Below, in pieces: positions 50,541 to 63,605 of a DNA stretch of 64,000 bases. Both the position numbers and the translations under genes were made by a program. The notes below the pieces were generated by a model that did no database searches, was not told the DNA's origin, and saw only the letters and a list, made by a program, of their open reading frames with translations. This stretch comes from Haliotis rufescens (Eukaryota), in the NCBI RefSeq assembly GCF_023055435.1, contig NW_025963779.1:84444001-84508000 (forward strand), in the 5' to 3' direction. How positions within the stretch are numbered: the first letter of the stretch is position 1; each line of letters begins with the position of its first letter.

Positions 50541-50820
50541 CGAGGGGCATTCAATAAGTTTTGCAACTTCAATATAAGACCAAGTCGCAGGATATCTTTA
50601 GCACTTTTATTGTTCAATATAATCTCCATACATCTCAATACACTTATTCCATTATATACCACTTTTATAGAAACGCGCAGATTGGCCACGCCTCTGTGGC
50701 AGCCTGTATGTCCTCGTCATCCTGGAAGTGTCTTCCACGTAGGGCAGATTTCATTTGCTGGAACAGGACATAGTCACTGGGGGCTACGTCTGGGCTGTAG
50801 GATGGGTGATTTAACTGTTC
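50541..50820 (-). mobile_element. mariner transposon 3' fragment inside a SINE (~50465-50897)
   Basis: TA|CGAGGGGCATTCAATAAGT TIR; minus-strand HPSYSPDVAPSDYVLFQQMKSALRGRHF, the mariner YSPDLAP motif. Confidence 0.85.
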
Positions 50821-53386
50821 GAACGTGTGGGGAATCGAACCTGGGTCTTCGGCGAAACGAGCGAACGCTTAAACCACTAGGCTACCCGACCGCCCCTGCA
50901 CAACTATGGAAATATCCTGTGCCGACCAAGCACCACTATAACTGTAGCCGCCAAGTTTGACGCATTAGTGACAAAGCTGATATCCGATGCGGTCCATATT
51001 TTGACTTATGTTCCTGTGTTTGTTTAGGTTAGAATTGACTTGCCTTTGCATGTGTTTGTGACGGGGAGCATACCCTCACCTTATCGTGAAAACCTGGTGT
51101 CATCACGATTTTATAATGATTCATAAACACTTGCTCATGATATAGTCGCAATTGTACAATAGACTCTGTGTTTGGCAGATATTTCTTATGAATATGGAAA
51201 GGATTTTGTCTCATTCATTTAGGAGTATATAATGCTAACAAGCTAAAATATTCTTAAGACAATTATCGTACGATAACAAGTGCATTTCTTAATTTGGATA
51301 GTAAAATATACCCGGCGTTGCCCAAACACAACCGCGTCTTCTGTAAATCATTAAACTTATTTAAAATGTCACATACGCTATAACATCTAGTGGTGGAGGT
51401 GAAATGGGACTAAACATTACTTCGTCGACAATGTGACTCGCTTGCAGGGTTGTGTGTGGCTGCAAATATGAGTGCGACTTATCCGGTTTTATAGTGCTAG
51501 CCCACTGAGAAATTAGTTTTATACCCTTAATACCGAGTACCAGGCAGGGTAACAACAAGTCCAAACTTTTAACGTCTTTTGGCAATAAACGGCCGTGGAT
51601 GAACACAACATTTATTAAAAAGGTTACGCGATTTCGGTAATATGCGGGCGATGAATAAAACATCTTGGATGTTGAAAGTTAAAACATGTTTTTCCTCGAA
51701 AAGTTTGATGGCATATCATCAGCCATGAAGTGGGGCTACTCGACATCTGAATTTAAGCTTGGACTTTTCTATACATTATAACGGAATGGCCAAAGACTGG
51801 CCGATAATTACTCGTGGATAAACTACTAATATAAATGGACGCTGCACCAGCCACAATATGTGACACAATAAATACCAGAGCTTGGAGACGACGTTTAGCG
51901 AAAATATATCACAAGGATCTACAAAGTTATGAATGTCGAAACAGAATGATCACACAACAAGAAGGTAAAGTTCAATAACTTGTTTATTAATTAATAACTG
52001 AACTGAAAAATCTTGTACATTAGCTCGAGGTCTCGAGACACTGTACCGACTGTCAACTGAACTGGAAACATCAGTCGCTCGGCATTGTCTGTGACATAGT
52101 GACTCTGTATCCCACGATTGATATATCTGAACAATTAAAGTGTACAATAAACTTTGAAACTTGAAATTGTACGAACTTTGCTGCAACCGGAACTGGATCC
52201 ATCTAATGTAAACAATACATTCCGGAAGTCACGTGACCCAGAATGAATGACAATGAGGCCACACCTCCAAGGGCTGTCAAAATGCGATGTAGGTCAAATC
52301 CCAGTTAAAGCTTGGAATTAAATATAATATAATTATTTAATTTCTATATTATAGGATCGATTCTAAACATCGGTAGCTGAAACCCCATGACTGTCACGGC
52401 ATCACCGCGCATCTTGATAACGTAAACAATCCCGTCGGAATGACCTCGGAGCCCCCGGTCGCGATGGCATTCGACGACAGTCAAAACATCTATTTATAGA
52501 CTGTAAACTGTAATATTTTATACGGATGACACATCACTTGCGACTTGTGATGACAACAACTCTAACTTGTATGCTTGAATAATTACGATCTTGGAATATT
52601 CCGTCGGAATGAATCCGGAATGGCTGTCGGAATCTCGAAACGTCCGGACGTCAACAAGACGTCATAAGGTAAATAGTCACCAATCCACGATCAAATTCAG
52701 ACCAAGTATCAATATTAGGCATATAAATTAAAAGTGATACAATAAAAATCTCTTGAAATGCGATAAATAGAACTTAGCGGTGACGAAACCCTGGAACCCT
52801 ACCTTGCTTGTCAAAGACAGAACTGCCGCCGCCGAAGTTAACCTTGAAGGTCTATTTATTGGTGGCCTAAACCCACATGATACGCAAACGTGACGTCAGA
52901 AAATCCAAGATAGCGACTGTAAGCATGACTAACGCGACTCAAGTTGGAATTTACCGTTATACTTGACTCTGTAACTTGGTAAAACACTGCATAAAGGTAT
53001 GTCATCCTAATAACATACAGCATGATGCTGGTACCATGATTGAAATTAGTGTGATGGCTGGGAGTTGCCCCACCGTCATAAAAGGCTGTAAGTGCGAACA
53101 TTGAAGTACCTATTACCTTGATATAACAGGAGTTTTGTTACAATATGTAATCTATAACGCATCAATAGACGCATCTTCAATCGACAACTACAAATGCATC
53201 ATAGTCCATCTTCGTAACAATAATCCAACAGAAATGATCTCAGTATAACTCAGTTTCAATATATCCAGCAACCCTTTCAGTTCGTGAGTGATCATCATTT
53301 AAACAGGCATCGAATAAACGCATGGGCCACCTTAGCACGTTTGGGTTATTTTGTCAATTTTGATACGGAAGTTTTCAATCCTCTTC

Positions 53387-53554
53387 GGGGCGGTGGGGTA
53401 GCCTAGTGGTAAAAGCGTTGCTCGTCAAGCCGAAGACACAGGTTTGTTTTCCCTAATGGGTACAATGTGTGAAGACAATTTCTGATGCCACCCGCCGTGA
53501 TATTGCTGGAATATTGCTTAAAAACGGCGTAAAACCATACTCACTCACTCACTC
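53387..53554 (+). mobile_element. tRNA-derived SINE
   Basis: GGGGCGGTGGGGTAGCCTAGTGGT head, shared tail, (CACT)n. Confidence 0.85.
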
Positions 53555-54662
53555 AACGTCTTCCGAACACAAGTAGTTGATAATTACACAACCCCTTGCC
53601 AAGACATAAGGATTCAAAATATGCATCTTCGACACAGGTTCCAGGAAGCAACTCTCACAGCTCGTACCATCCCCAATTGGGCGTATCTGCGAGGACAATC
53701 CAACGACATCTACGCATCAACGGTTTCCGTCCGAGGCGCCCAGCCAGTTGAACTAACCTGTCCGCAGAACAGCAGCCCCGACGTCTTCAGTACCTCGGTG
53801 GAGAAAGGTCACTGATGAGTCAGGTTGTCTTATAAATGTCAATATGTTACACTGACATGCAAGATCCCCTGACCTGTCTCAAGCTGAACATGNNNNNNNN
53901 NNNNNNNNNNNNNNNNNNNNNNNNNNNNNNNNNNNNNNNNNNNNNNNNNNNNNNNNNNNNNNNNNNNNNNNNNNNNNNNNNNNNNNNNNNNNNNNNNNNN
54001 NNNNNNNNNNNNNNNNNNNNNNNNNNNNNNNNNNNNNNNNNNNNNNNNNNNNNNNNNNNNNNNNNNNNNNNNNNNNNNNNNNNNNNNNNNNNNNCCTCTG
54101 CCCCCTCCATCCCTGTCCCCCCGTTCTATCTCCACCGTGCATGTCTTATTATCAAACAACATCCAGGGTATACCCAAACCCTTCCATGTGACCTATACAC
54201 GTCTCCATAAATACACTGCACCCAGTATCCTTCTTTCACTTTGATATTTATCTCGTTGTAATCCTCTACAAAACTATTTTTTATTCGGTTCAACATTTGC
54301 TTCGATTGTCTTGCCATTTCTGATGACGTTGCAGAAGAATGTCACCGTGTGTGAAATGGTTCCACAATCTACATTCCGATCATCCCATAAACTCGACAAA
54401 TATGCATTGCTACAAGTCGTCGACAAACAACATGATCAAACAACTTAAAAGACTTGTATATTTTTCTACAAGATGCAGCATACTTCAGACAAAAGACATT
54501 TCGAAGTCACATTTTCACAATTTACATAAGGGGAGTGCACCTGTTCCACGTGCTCCTATAATAAAGAGGTCTCACAGCATTTCGGCAGTTCTGCTTTTGG
54601 AGTTTTCACATCTACACGTCAAACCGATTCGTCGCCTTTTTAAACAACAGAGTTTATACAAG

Positions 54663-57563
54663 ATGTTGAAATTCTCTGGTATCGGTATTGCTCTTCTGGG
54701 ACTTGTCCTCGCTATTGACGGACACAAAGGTAAGTGATTCTTCACCTGGAGTTATGTAAACTGTCAACGTAACATCAGCCTGTTGACGTTGCCTTAACGC
54801 TCAACGACGCCATTGTTAAACGGTTGTAGACAGAGATGCGTTACCTTGTTAAACAGACGAGTTGTCGTTATGCGTTGAACCTATGCATCAAGGCACACTT
54901 CCTTTGTTCAGTGTTGCGTAAAAGGTAACACGTTAGCATGATTGAGGAATCAAGGTGGGTAAAACTTGACTATCAATAACTGATACTGCGGTTGTGAAAC
55001 ATTTCTAAATTAACATCACATTATCAAGTACTGATACTGCAGTAGTGAGGCGTCCATGAATTAAACACCATATTTTCAGTTACTGATTCTTCAGAGACCA
55101 CCATGTAAACTAAATTATAGATTGAATCATAATAGTTTTTTTAATTTTCAGTCGTGAGTAAAGGTTAGAGGGAGGAGGGCTGATGATGCCAATGCAGGGT
55201 ACGCATGCTCTCACCTGTTTAAACAATGGCGAACATTCAAAGAACCTTAGCACCTAAAATGTTCAAACAGAATTGTCATGTTAACCTTATTTTAAAAGAT
55301 ATCGTCACTGTGTGATGCACGTGAAATATGTTCCCTGTGCCTGTGGCATCTTCCCGAGGCAAGGGAGTTAACTGACTTTTAAAGTCCAGTTTCCACCCTT
55401 GCCGAACTAGGCTGGAATTACTGGGCTCGATCGCTGCACCACCAGTGGCTATTACCAATTATGTCCCTTTTAAGCCTCTCCTATGGACCAATCAGATTCC
55501 ACCTCTCGTATCACTTGCGTTTGCTTCACACAAAATGGTGGCGCCCAGTCAGGACGATCTGATCGATAATCAAGATCTATATTGTGATAAAACGGGTCTT
55601 ACATCGCGAAATGCATCAAATCAAGTGAGCACCTTGATTAAAAACATGAAAGGATTTGGAAAATATCTGCTGACAACGAATTTGCGATGCACATGCTTTG
55701 CAAACCCTGCAATCGATCGAAATCTGCACGACAGTTTACGAACCGGATTTTGATTTCGGTGCGCGATTTTGTTTGGACTATGCATAGACTCGTTAGTCAA
55801 GACAAAACGTAACTCCATAATACCAGCCTAGTTCGGCAAGGGTGGAAACTGGACTTGTATAGTCAGTTAACTCCGTTGCCTCGGGAAGATGTGCCTGTCG
55901 CAGCTCGAGTGATGAAATGCACGTCCCAGGGCAAATATGCAATTTATACATGCGATTAGGCTCCAACTCCTGTTGTTCCTACCTATACTTAGGACCCTAC
56001 TTAGTGAGCCCATACCGGGTAAATAGAGCCAGTCATTATGTTCAATAGAGTCCGTTCATATGGTTCATAAGGGCCCCTCGGTGTGGTTCTGTAGATGCAT
56101 CCCTAATTGGTTTTTTTTGACGACAGTCCTGGTGTTTCTGAGTCAGTCCTAATGGTTATGTAGAGTCAGTCCTAATGGTTGTGTGGAGTCAATCCTTATG
56201 GTTGTGTAGAATCAGTCATATGGTTGTGTAGAGTCAGTCCTAATAGTTGTGTAGAGTCAGTCCTTATGGTTGTGTAGAATCAGTCATATGGTTGTGTATA
56301 GTCAGTACTAATGGTTGTGTGGAGTCAGTCCTAATGGTTGTGTAGATTCGGCCCTAATGGTTGTGTAGAGTCAGTCCTAATGATTGTGTAGAGTCAGTCC
56401 TAATGGTTGTGTAGAGTCAGTCCTAATGGTTGTCTAGAGTCAGTCAGAATAGTTCTGTGCATAGAATGTGTTTTTGAAGTCACTCGCAATAGTTGTGTAG
56501 AGTCAGTCTTAATGGTTGTCTAGAGTCAGTCAGAATAGTTCTGTGCATAGAATGTGTTTTTTAAGTCACTCGCAATGGTTGTGTAGAGGCAGTCATAGAT
56601 GAGGGTAAGTCATCAGTGAAGTCTACATCTGATCCTGTTTGTTGCAGTGGCACCGGATCGCCGGTGTGATGTGTTCCGGGATGGCACAGGGAACATCATG
56701 GTCGAAGGCATGGGGTGTAGATACTACCTCTCGTGCTGGAACTTCATCATCGCTTACGAACCAATGCCCTGTGCTGGGGGCTCCATCTTCAATCCAGACA
56801 CTGGCAGGTGTGATGCGGTGGAATGCATCGATATAACCATTCCGTCTCAATATGGTTAGTGCTCAACTATTGTTACCTCTTGGTCACAACTACCACTGTT
56901 ACTACACATATCACAACTATTATCAACAGCATTATAACGACATCCAGTTACACTGGAACAACAGAACCACTGCTACAGCAACAACTAAACTACTTGTACT
57001 AGTCGTCTAGTCGTCTAAGGAGCCGCGATTTGCCGCGCACAGTTGCAGAGTTGTGTTTCTAGGTTTGTCAGCACCATACCCGTGCTATGTTTCACCGGAG
57101 TGGTAAACGTCCGAGACCTGCATTCGGGCTTTCCTCCCACATTAAGCTGACACGCTGCGATATAACTGGAAGACTGTTAAAAGCGGCGTTAAACCCAACT
57201 CACTCACTCACTCATTGTCTTGTTTGGCAACTACGTTCATGACACAGATTTAAGGTGAAATATTTATTGAGCATTAACAACATCGGTCACATATGTGCAG
57301 GCCGACATTATAACATTCTAATTTACTGTAAAAGCTACGCGAAGACGTTCAGGTCACATCATACTCTTTTTTTAACAGACTGTCAACCGGGTTCTCTGGC
57401 GGAAGATTGTAGCCGCTACAACATCTGTTTCAACACGTTCCATATCTCATACACTTTCCAATGTGGCGAGGAAACCTACTACCACAACGAACTACTCGTG
57501 TGCGTCAATCCCAAAGAGTACCCTGCTGTGCCACGGAGCCAGGGATGCGTCTACAACCCCTAG
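54663..57563 (+). CDS. Secreted CBM14 double-domain protein, copy B2; join(54663..54729,56648..56854,57379..57563), 152 aa
   Basis: MLKFSGIGIALLGLVLAIDGHK / VAPDRRCDVFRDGTGNIMVEGMGCRYYLSCW... / DCQPGSLAEDCSRYNICF...GCVYNP*. Paralog of B1 with the same exon borders (exon 2 donor GTTAGT). TATA at 54557, AATAAA at 58015. Confidence 0.87.
55347..55891. mobile_element. Same MITE family in B2 intron 1, opposite orientation, 9-bp TSD (MULE-like)
   Basis: TGCCTGTGG|CATCTTCCCGAGG...GGAAGATG|TGCCTGTCG; absent from B1 intron 1. Confidence 0.85.
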
Positions 57564-57875
57564 TAACCGCAGCCACGACAACTGCAGCACCTACATCTAC
57601 AACTCCTAGTAGCCACAGCCACGACAACTGCAGCACCTACATCTACAACTCCTAGTAACCGCAGCCACGACAACTGCAGCACCTACATCTACAACTCCTA
57701 GTAACCACAGCCACGACAACTGCAGCACCTACATCTACAACCCCTAGTAACCACAGCCACGACAACTGCAGCACCTATATCTACAACTCCTAGTAACCAC
57801 AGCCAAAACTGCAGCAACTACATCTACAACAACAGCAGCACCTATATCTACAACAACTGCAGCACCTACATCTAC
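57551..57875 (+). repeat. 46-bp tandem repeat that includes the B2 stop codon
   Basis: TAG at 57561, 57607, 57653, 57699, 57745, 57791; unit TAGTAACCGCAGCCACGACAACTGCAGCACCTACATCTACAACTCC. Confidence 0.92.
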
Positions 57876-58133
57876 TGTGCTAGTAACTATCTTGTTGCTC
57901 ATGACCAGTGTTTATGAGGACGATCATTCAAGGTTGGGGTAGATATAGTACTGCATGTATTACTTATTGAAACATAACAATAACGCTTCATAAACGCATT
58001 AAAATGATGCTACAAATAAACAATAAGATTAAAAGAAATATATATTTATTTACTATTTTGTCTGTCTTTTCATCCAAAATAGTTTTTCAATTTCCAACCA
58101 TGCCTTCTGTTGTCTTGAATGTTGTAACCTTTA

Positions 58134-58309
58134 CGGGGGCGGTCGGGTAGCCTAGTGGTTAAAGTGTTCGCTCGTCACGCCGAAGACCCGGGTTCGATTC
58201 CCGACATGGGTACAATGTGTGAAGCCCATTTCTGGTGTCCCCCGCCGTGATATTGCTGGAATATTGCTTAAAGCGGCGTAAAACCTTACTCACTCACTCA
58301 CTCACTCAC
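58134..58309 (+). mobile_element. tRNA-derived SINE, near-consensus copy
   Basis: A box TAGCCTAGTGG, B box GGTTCGATTCC, (CACT)n tail, TSD TGTAACCTTTA. Confidence 0.9.
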
Positions 58310-58949
58310 TGTAACCTTTATGATACAACTTTTGAGCCGTAAGACGCTCTTTGTAATCTTGGTAGAAAGAGCATGGTCTATTGTAACTCAAAAGTTGGAA
58401 AATGTAGACATCAAAGGCTGGAGTTGCTGGAATATTGCTCGACATAATGGAAAGATGACGCCACCTCTCTTGTCATATAGTGTTGTGGATAATAATTGTA
58501 GATCTAAATATGAATCAGATGAGTCAGTTTCACTTGTCTCATATTTCTAGCTCAGGTGGGTCAATGAGTGGAAGGGAATTGTATATTTGATAATTATTGA
58601 GCACATCAGTTTAAGGTCTACCTGAAGCTGAAGTTAACTACTTGACCACATTCCCTTGTTTCCATTTTGCTAATCTGTCAAAAGGTTCTGACTCGTATGC
58701 ACAATCAAAAAGCGACAAAAACATTTCCATACTAGTCAGGGTACGAACATCTGTATTGTGTGTCACAAAATCTAAATTGTGTATTAACATCCACCAACAG
58801 CCTTCACAATCGAACTCATAAGAATCTTCTAACAAACGATATTTCCATCAGTAAACATTGAAAACTGAACTTTTATATCCATATTGACATTTAAATGTAC
58901 TAAAAACAACAACTACTGTCAAAATGCTGAATTCATTCTGAATATATAG

Positions 58950-60220
58950 TGTGAGTGAATATTGTTTTACGCTGTTTTTAGCCATTCCCCAGCAATGACA
59001 CGACGGAAGACATAGAAAAGGTCTTCACTCAATTTGCACTAGTTTGGAATCGAACCCGGATGTGGAGCAGACGCATTGTCTATCACACCGCATTTAATAT
59101 AACTTGACAAACATTAAACATAAAAAGAGAGTGCTTCCGTTATCAGTTAATTCAATTTGTAGGCATTAGCATCACAGCATAGAAATATGTATCTTTTAAA
59201 AGTATGGATATTTTGCTGGAAACGGTAGGTGGTGTTTTGTTATTAATGAACTAGTATTACTGTTCTTCACCCGCGTTGAAACCTGTTTCCTGATACCGAT
59301 AGAGGTCACATACGTTGTAATGAGAACAGGTGGTCTTCTAATGCATGGTTGTGTCGCCACGTGTCCAGTCCAGCGATACTGTCACACAAAGCCACACGTA
59401 AGACTTGCAATGTCGCGAGGCGGCAAGTCTCTGCTAGTCCTGCACCATGACTGTGGAATATATTTATTTTATGGAAAATAATAATCTAGAAACGCATACA
59501 AAAGCAAGTCTAGCCAGCTCTAGCTAGCAAATCAGCATAGGGAGATTTTTTAAGAGTCGAGAAGGATATTGTGTAATATAAGATTTCATTGACTAAATGT
59601 TAGTCTAAGTCTCCGCTTGTTCCAGAGGTTCAGGGCCCCGTTCATCAAAGCGATCTTAGTGCTACGTTGATCGTAGCCTATGATAAAGTATGGGAGTTAC
59701 GACCAACGATCTTAGCACTAAGATCGCTTTGTGGACCGGGTTCCAGGTCTTTGTTCCAGGCGCTGTTAACCTCAACAGGAAACAGGAAAGTACTGATCAT
59801 GGGTTGTTGGGTGTTGTGGACACATTCGGAATTCGTGGATACATGTCCGTGTGTTTTCCCTCACAAGATACGGGAGCAAGTACGGAACGGGATCAGTTTG
59901 TGGAGGTCAGTTTAACTTATTTCACTGCCATGGCGATTTGAGGCGACCGTGAATCTCTGAGGTTCATCACGTTGTGAACAGCCATACTGGTTCCTGTTTC
60001 GCCTTCTGTTTCTTCCAACCTCTGACATTAGAAAATGTCTGCCATTAGCTTCTTTTTGACATCTGAAAATGTCTTTTATGTAATTGTTTTGAAACAGCAT
60101 GCTGCCGTTGAGAAAAGTCCACACTAGTTCCTTCCTGAATACCATTCTACGTAGAAACCTTAGTTTATATACTTTGTGGAATTATCATCATCACCCATAT
60201 CCATGGAAGCATTCAGGTTA
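58950..60220 (+). repeat. Older duplication: upstream region of B3 homologous to 41730-42870 upstream of B1
   Basis: Shared blocks, e.g. CTGATACCGATAGAGGTCACATAC and GATTTGAGGCGACCGTGAATC. Confidence 0.85.
59634..59743. mobile_element. 110-bp palindromic PIF/Harbinger-like MITE (related copy 49648-49736)
   Basis: GGCCCCGTTCATCAAAGCGATCTTAGTGCTA ... TAGCACTAAGATCGCTTTGTGGACCGGGTTC; CAG TSD; empty site at ~42391. Confidence 0.75.
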
Positions 60221-60253
60221 ATACAAACTGTATTCGATTCCCAAATTGAAACC

Positions 60254-60590
60254 ACCGCCTCCTTTGTCTAGTGGTAGAGCGTGCGCCCGGAGAGCGGAAG
60301 GTCAGGGGTTCGATCCCCGGCCGCATCATACCAAAAGACGTTAAAATATGGTACTTGTTGTTACGCTGTCTGGCCCTCGGCATTTCGGGGCTGAAACAAG
60401 GACTGGTCGGCTCGGAGTCAGTATACTGTGTCTGAGTAGGGTATTCGTGTTAAACTGTGGCATGGTATCTCAGTGAGCTGGCACTATAAATCGGCATCAG
60501 TCCGGACTAGTACAAGAAGCCACACAAACACACGTGCATGCACGTCGCTATATATGTCCAATAATCTTGGACGCGACGTTAAACCGAATT
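60254..60590 (+). mobile_element. tRNA-derived SINE, same family as 48833-49180
   Basis: Full-length + strand copy. Confidence 0.85.
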
Positions 60591-61357
60591 TAAACAATAT
60601 GCTAATCCACAAATCTGTACGTAAAAGTACTTAGTGTGAAACCAACAAACAACCAACAAGTGGTATACAATCAACAAATGTATTGCAAAATTATTTAAGT
60701 CAACAAATCAATACAAATTAATTCACAACAATTACAATGGCAGTAAACAACAGAGTGGTTGTACAATATAAATAAAATAAAATAAAAATATAGTGGTGAT
60801 GGCAAAAGTCAGTGATAATAATATATATTCACCCAGCGGCGACAGTGGTCAAGCTTCCGAGATGGGCTAGGCAAGGAATCAGAGGTTATGAGCGATCCTC
60901 ACAAAGAAACTGGTACCAAAGCGATGAATATGCATGGGACGAACTGTGTGAAAGAATGTGTGAGAGTTGAGGCAGGCACTACCTACCTACCTTCCGGAAC
61001 TTTCCAGGCAATGCATGTGCATTTCATGTCCATAACATAACATAAAACAGACGTTTGTACACTACACCAGTTAACGAACATGTGACTGACATCGTTCAAT
61101 CCAAAATATTTAATTTGTATTGAATGTTTCATCAATAAACAAAATCAACATTCTCATTATCTCCTGTGCGTTTCAGTTTTTGAAGAGTGAATATTGCGCA
61201 TATTTCCACACAACATAAGGGCGTGCTCAAAGCCCTATTATTACCCCGTTCAATGGTTTAGTGTGCACTCAATAACCATTCTCAGCTCCCTGAGGAGTAT
61301 ACAATCCACGCTGCCTGAGAGGGGCTAGAAGGTTAACAACCACAAGTCCCAAGAAAG

Positions 61358-62035
61358 GGATACCGCCACAGGCCCAGCAAGATCTACCAAGGAATACCGC
61401 CACACGCCCAGCAAGATCTAACAACGGATACAAAGGGATACCGCCACAAGCCCAGCAAGACCTACCAAGGAATACCGCCACACGCCCAGCAAGATCTACT
61501 CAAGACTTCCTTCACACGCCAACCAAGTCCTGCGAAGGGATACCAAGGGATACCGCCACACGCCCAGTTAGACCAACCAAGGGATACCAAGGGATATCGC
61601 CACACGCCCAGTTAGACCAACCAAGGGATACCAAGGGATATCACCACACGCCCAGTAAGACCAACCAAGGGATACCAAGGGATATCACCTCACGCCCAGT
61701 TAGACCAACCAAGGGATACCAAGGGATATCGCCACACGCCCAGTTAGACCAACCAAGGGATACCAAGGGATATCGCCACACGCCCAGTTAGACCAACCAA
61801 GGGATACCAAGGGATATCGCCACACGCCCAGTAAGACCAACCAAGGGATACCAAGGGATATCACCTCACGCCCAGTTAGACCAACCAAGGGATACCAAGG
61901 GATATCGCCACACGCCCAGTTAGACCAACCAAGGGATACCAAGGGATATCGCCACACGCCAAGTAAGACCAACCAAGGGATACCAAGGGATATCACCACA
62001 CGCCCAGTTAGACCAACCAAGGGATACCAAGGGAT
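61358..62035. repeat. 44-bp minisatellite (~11 homogeneous units from 61538 plus degenerate 5' units)
   Basis: Unit GGGATACCAAGGGATATCGCCACACGCCCAGTTAGACCAACCAA. Confidence 0.93.
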
Positions 62036-62524
62036 CGTGTACTTGGTGTACCCCTCTGAAAAGTGTAAACTGGCACGACTCCCATGGCCGAAAGCTATCA
62101 TGAATACCCAACGCCTTTTTAGAAAGTGGTAAATGTTATATTCGAGGGGCCATTTTCTTAGTAAAAAATACAAATTCTAGTACTTTTTGGGTGTTGAATC
62201 CCCTCCTAGATTTGAACCCCAGCTCTCAGAGTGAAGCACCTAGTCGCCAGCACATAAAGTCAGCGATCATTCCCACTGATACCGAGGCTTCCATGGAAAT
62301 AGAAGTCCGGACTGGGAATCAACCCCCAAAAGTTCTAGAACTTGTACTTCACTCACCTTCCTCCGAGTTATCTCCCCTCCTTATACTTTCCTTTGTGTTT
62401 CCATTTGGCGTGCCCTTATTCTCCCGTTCTCTCTGTGAATATGATCGCTGTATGACAGTAAATGAGTTTGTACGAAATAGTTCAATTATTTACCAGCCAC
62501 TCCTCTCCGTATGGCTATCTCACT

Positions 62525-62905
62525 CGCCCCCTCTCCTCTCTCTCTCCTTCTCCCTCTGTGTAGCTCTCTCTATATCTCCTCTCTCTCTCTTTTTAGCTCT
62601 CTCTCACTCTGTCTGTAGCTCTCTCTCTATCTCACCTTCGCTCTCTCTCTCCTATCTCTTTCACTCTCTGTAGCTCTCTATCTCTCCTCTCTCTCTCCTT
62701 CGCTCTCTCTCGCTCTCGCCCTCTCTGTAGCTATCTTTCACCTCTCTTTCACCTATCTTTCACTCTCTCTGTAGCTCTATATTTCTCCTCTCTCTCTCTC
62801 CTTCTCACTCTGTGTAGCTCTCGCTACCTCTCCTCTTTCTCCCACTCTCTATAGCTCGGTCTCTCTTCTCTCTCTCCTTCTCTCCCTCTCCTCTCTCCAC
62901 ACTCG
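62525..62905. repeat. CT-rich low-complexity tract
   Basis: Direct reading. Confidence 0.9.
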
Positions 62906-63605
62906 ATATTTTACCTCGATTTGCCTATTTAGTTCTTTCGATATTGTTATCTATTCTCTCTCACCTCGCATTGCCCCCTTTCTTCCAAAATGTCTCCCCC
63001 GCGAATCTCTTACAGTCAACCAGCATCCCGGGTCTACCTAAACAGCCTGGCATATACACACAGGGCGAGGTTACATCTGTAGTTTACACTTCCCATCCAT
63101 TAAACTCTCCACGCTGACCTATTCACGTCTCCACCAATACACTGCACCCAGTGTCATTAATGTACTTTGATATTTGTCTCGTTGTAATCCGCTATACAAA
63201 ACTAGTTTTAATTCAGTTCAACATTTACTTCGATTTTCTTGCCATTCCCATGACGTTGCAGGAGAATGTTACTGTTTCACCATATACGTTCCTATCATCC
63301 CTTCAGCTTCCCAAGTATGCCTCGCTACATGCCGTACACACAGAGCGTGACCAAACAACGCATAACCTCGGGTCTGTTTCATTACAACCGAAATACTTTG
63401 GACAAATTACAATCCGGGGAATATTCATGCAGTGGCTTTTAGTCACATTCTCATAAGTAGGCATTTACATAAGGGGAGGGCACCTGTTCCATGTGCCTCT
63501 ATAATAGACGGGTCTCGCAGCATTTCGGCAGTTCTGCTTTTGGAGTTTTCACATACACACGTTAACCGGATTCCTCGTCTCTATACACAACAGAATTTAT
63601 ACAAG

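Noticed and set aside
51940-52810. Possible LTR/DIRS-type fragment
   Set aside because: No paired LTRs, PBS or coding motifs could be identified.
52856-53280. Possible decayed coding sequence on the minus strand (also 37720-38260 and 53621-53815)
   Set aside because: No recognisable motif strong enough to name; probably old transposon debris.
53805-53890. Hammerhead ribozyme at CTGATGAG (also 369 and minus-strand 51717)
   Set aside because: No correctly placed GAAA after a stem II and no stem I/III closure.
58134-58210. tRNA genes at tRNA-like heads (also 7345, 16979, 49180, 53387, 60254)
   Set aside because: Each continues into a SINE body and tail, often with a TSD, so these are SINE heads.
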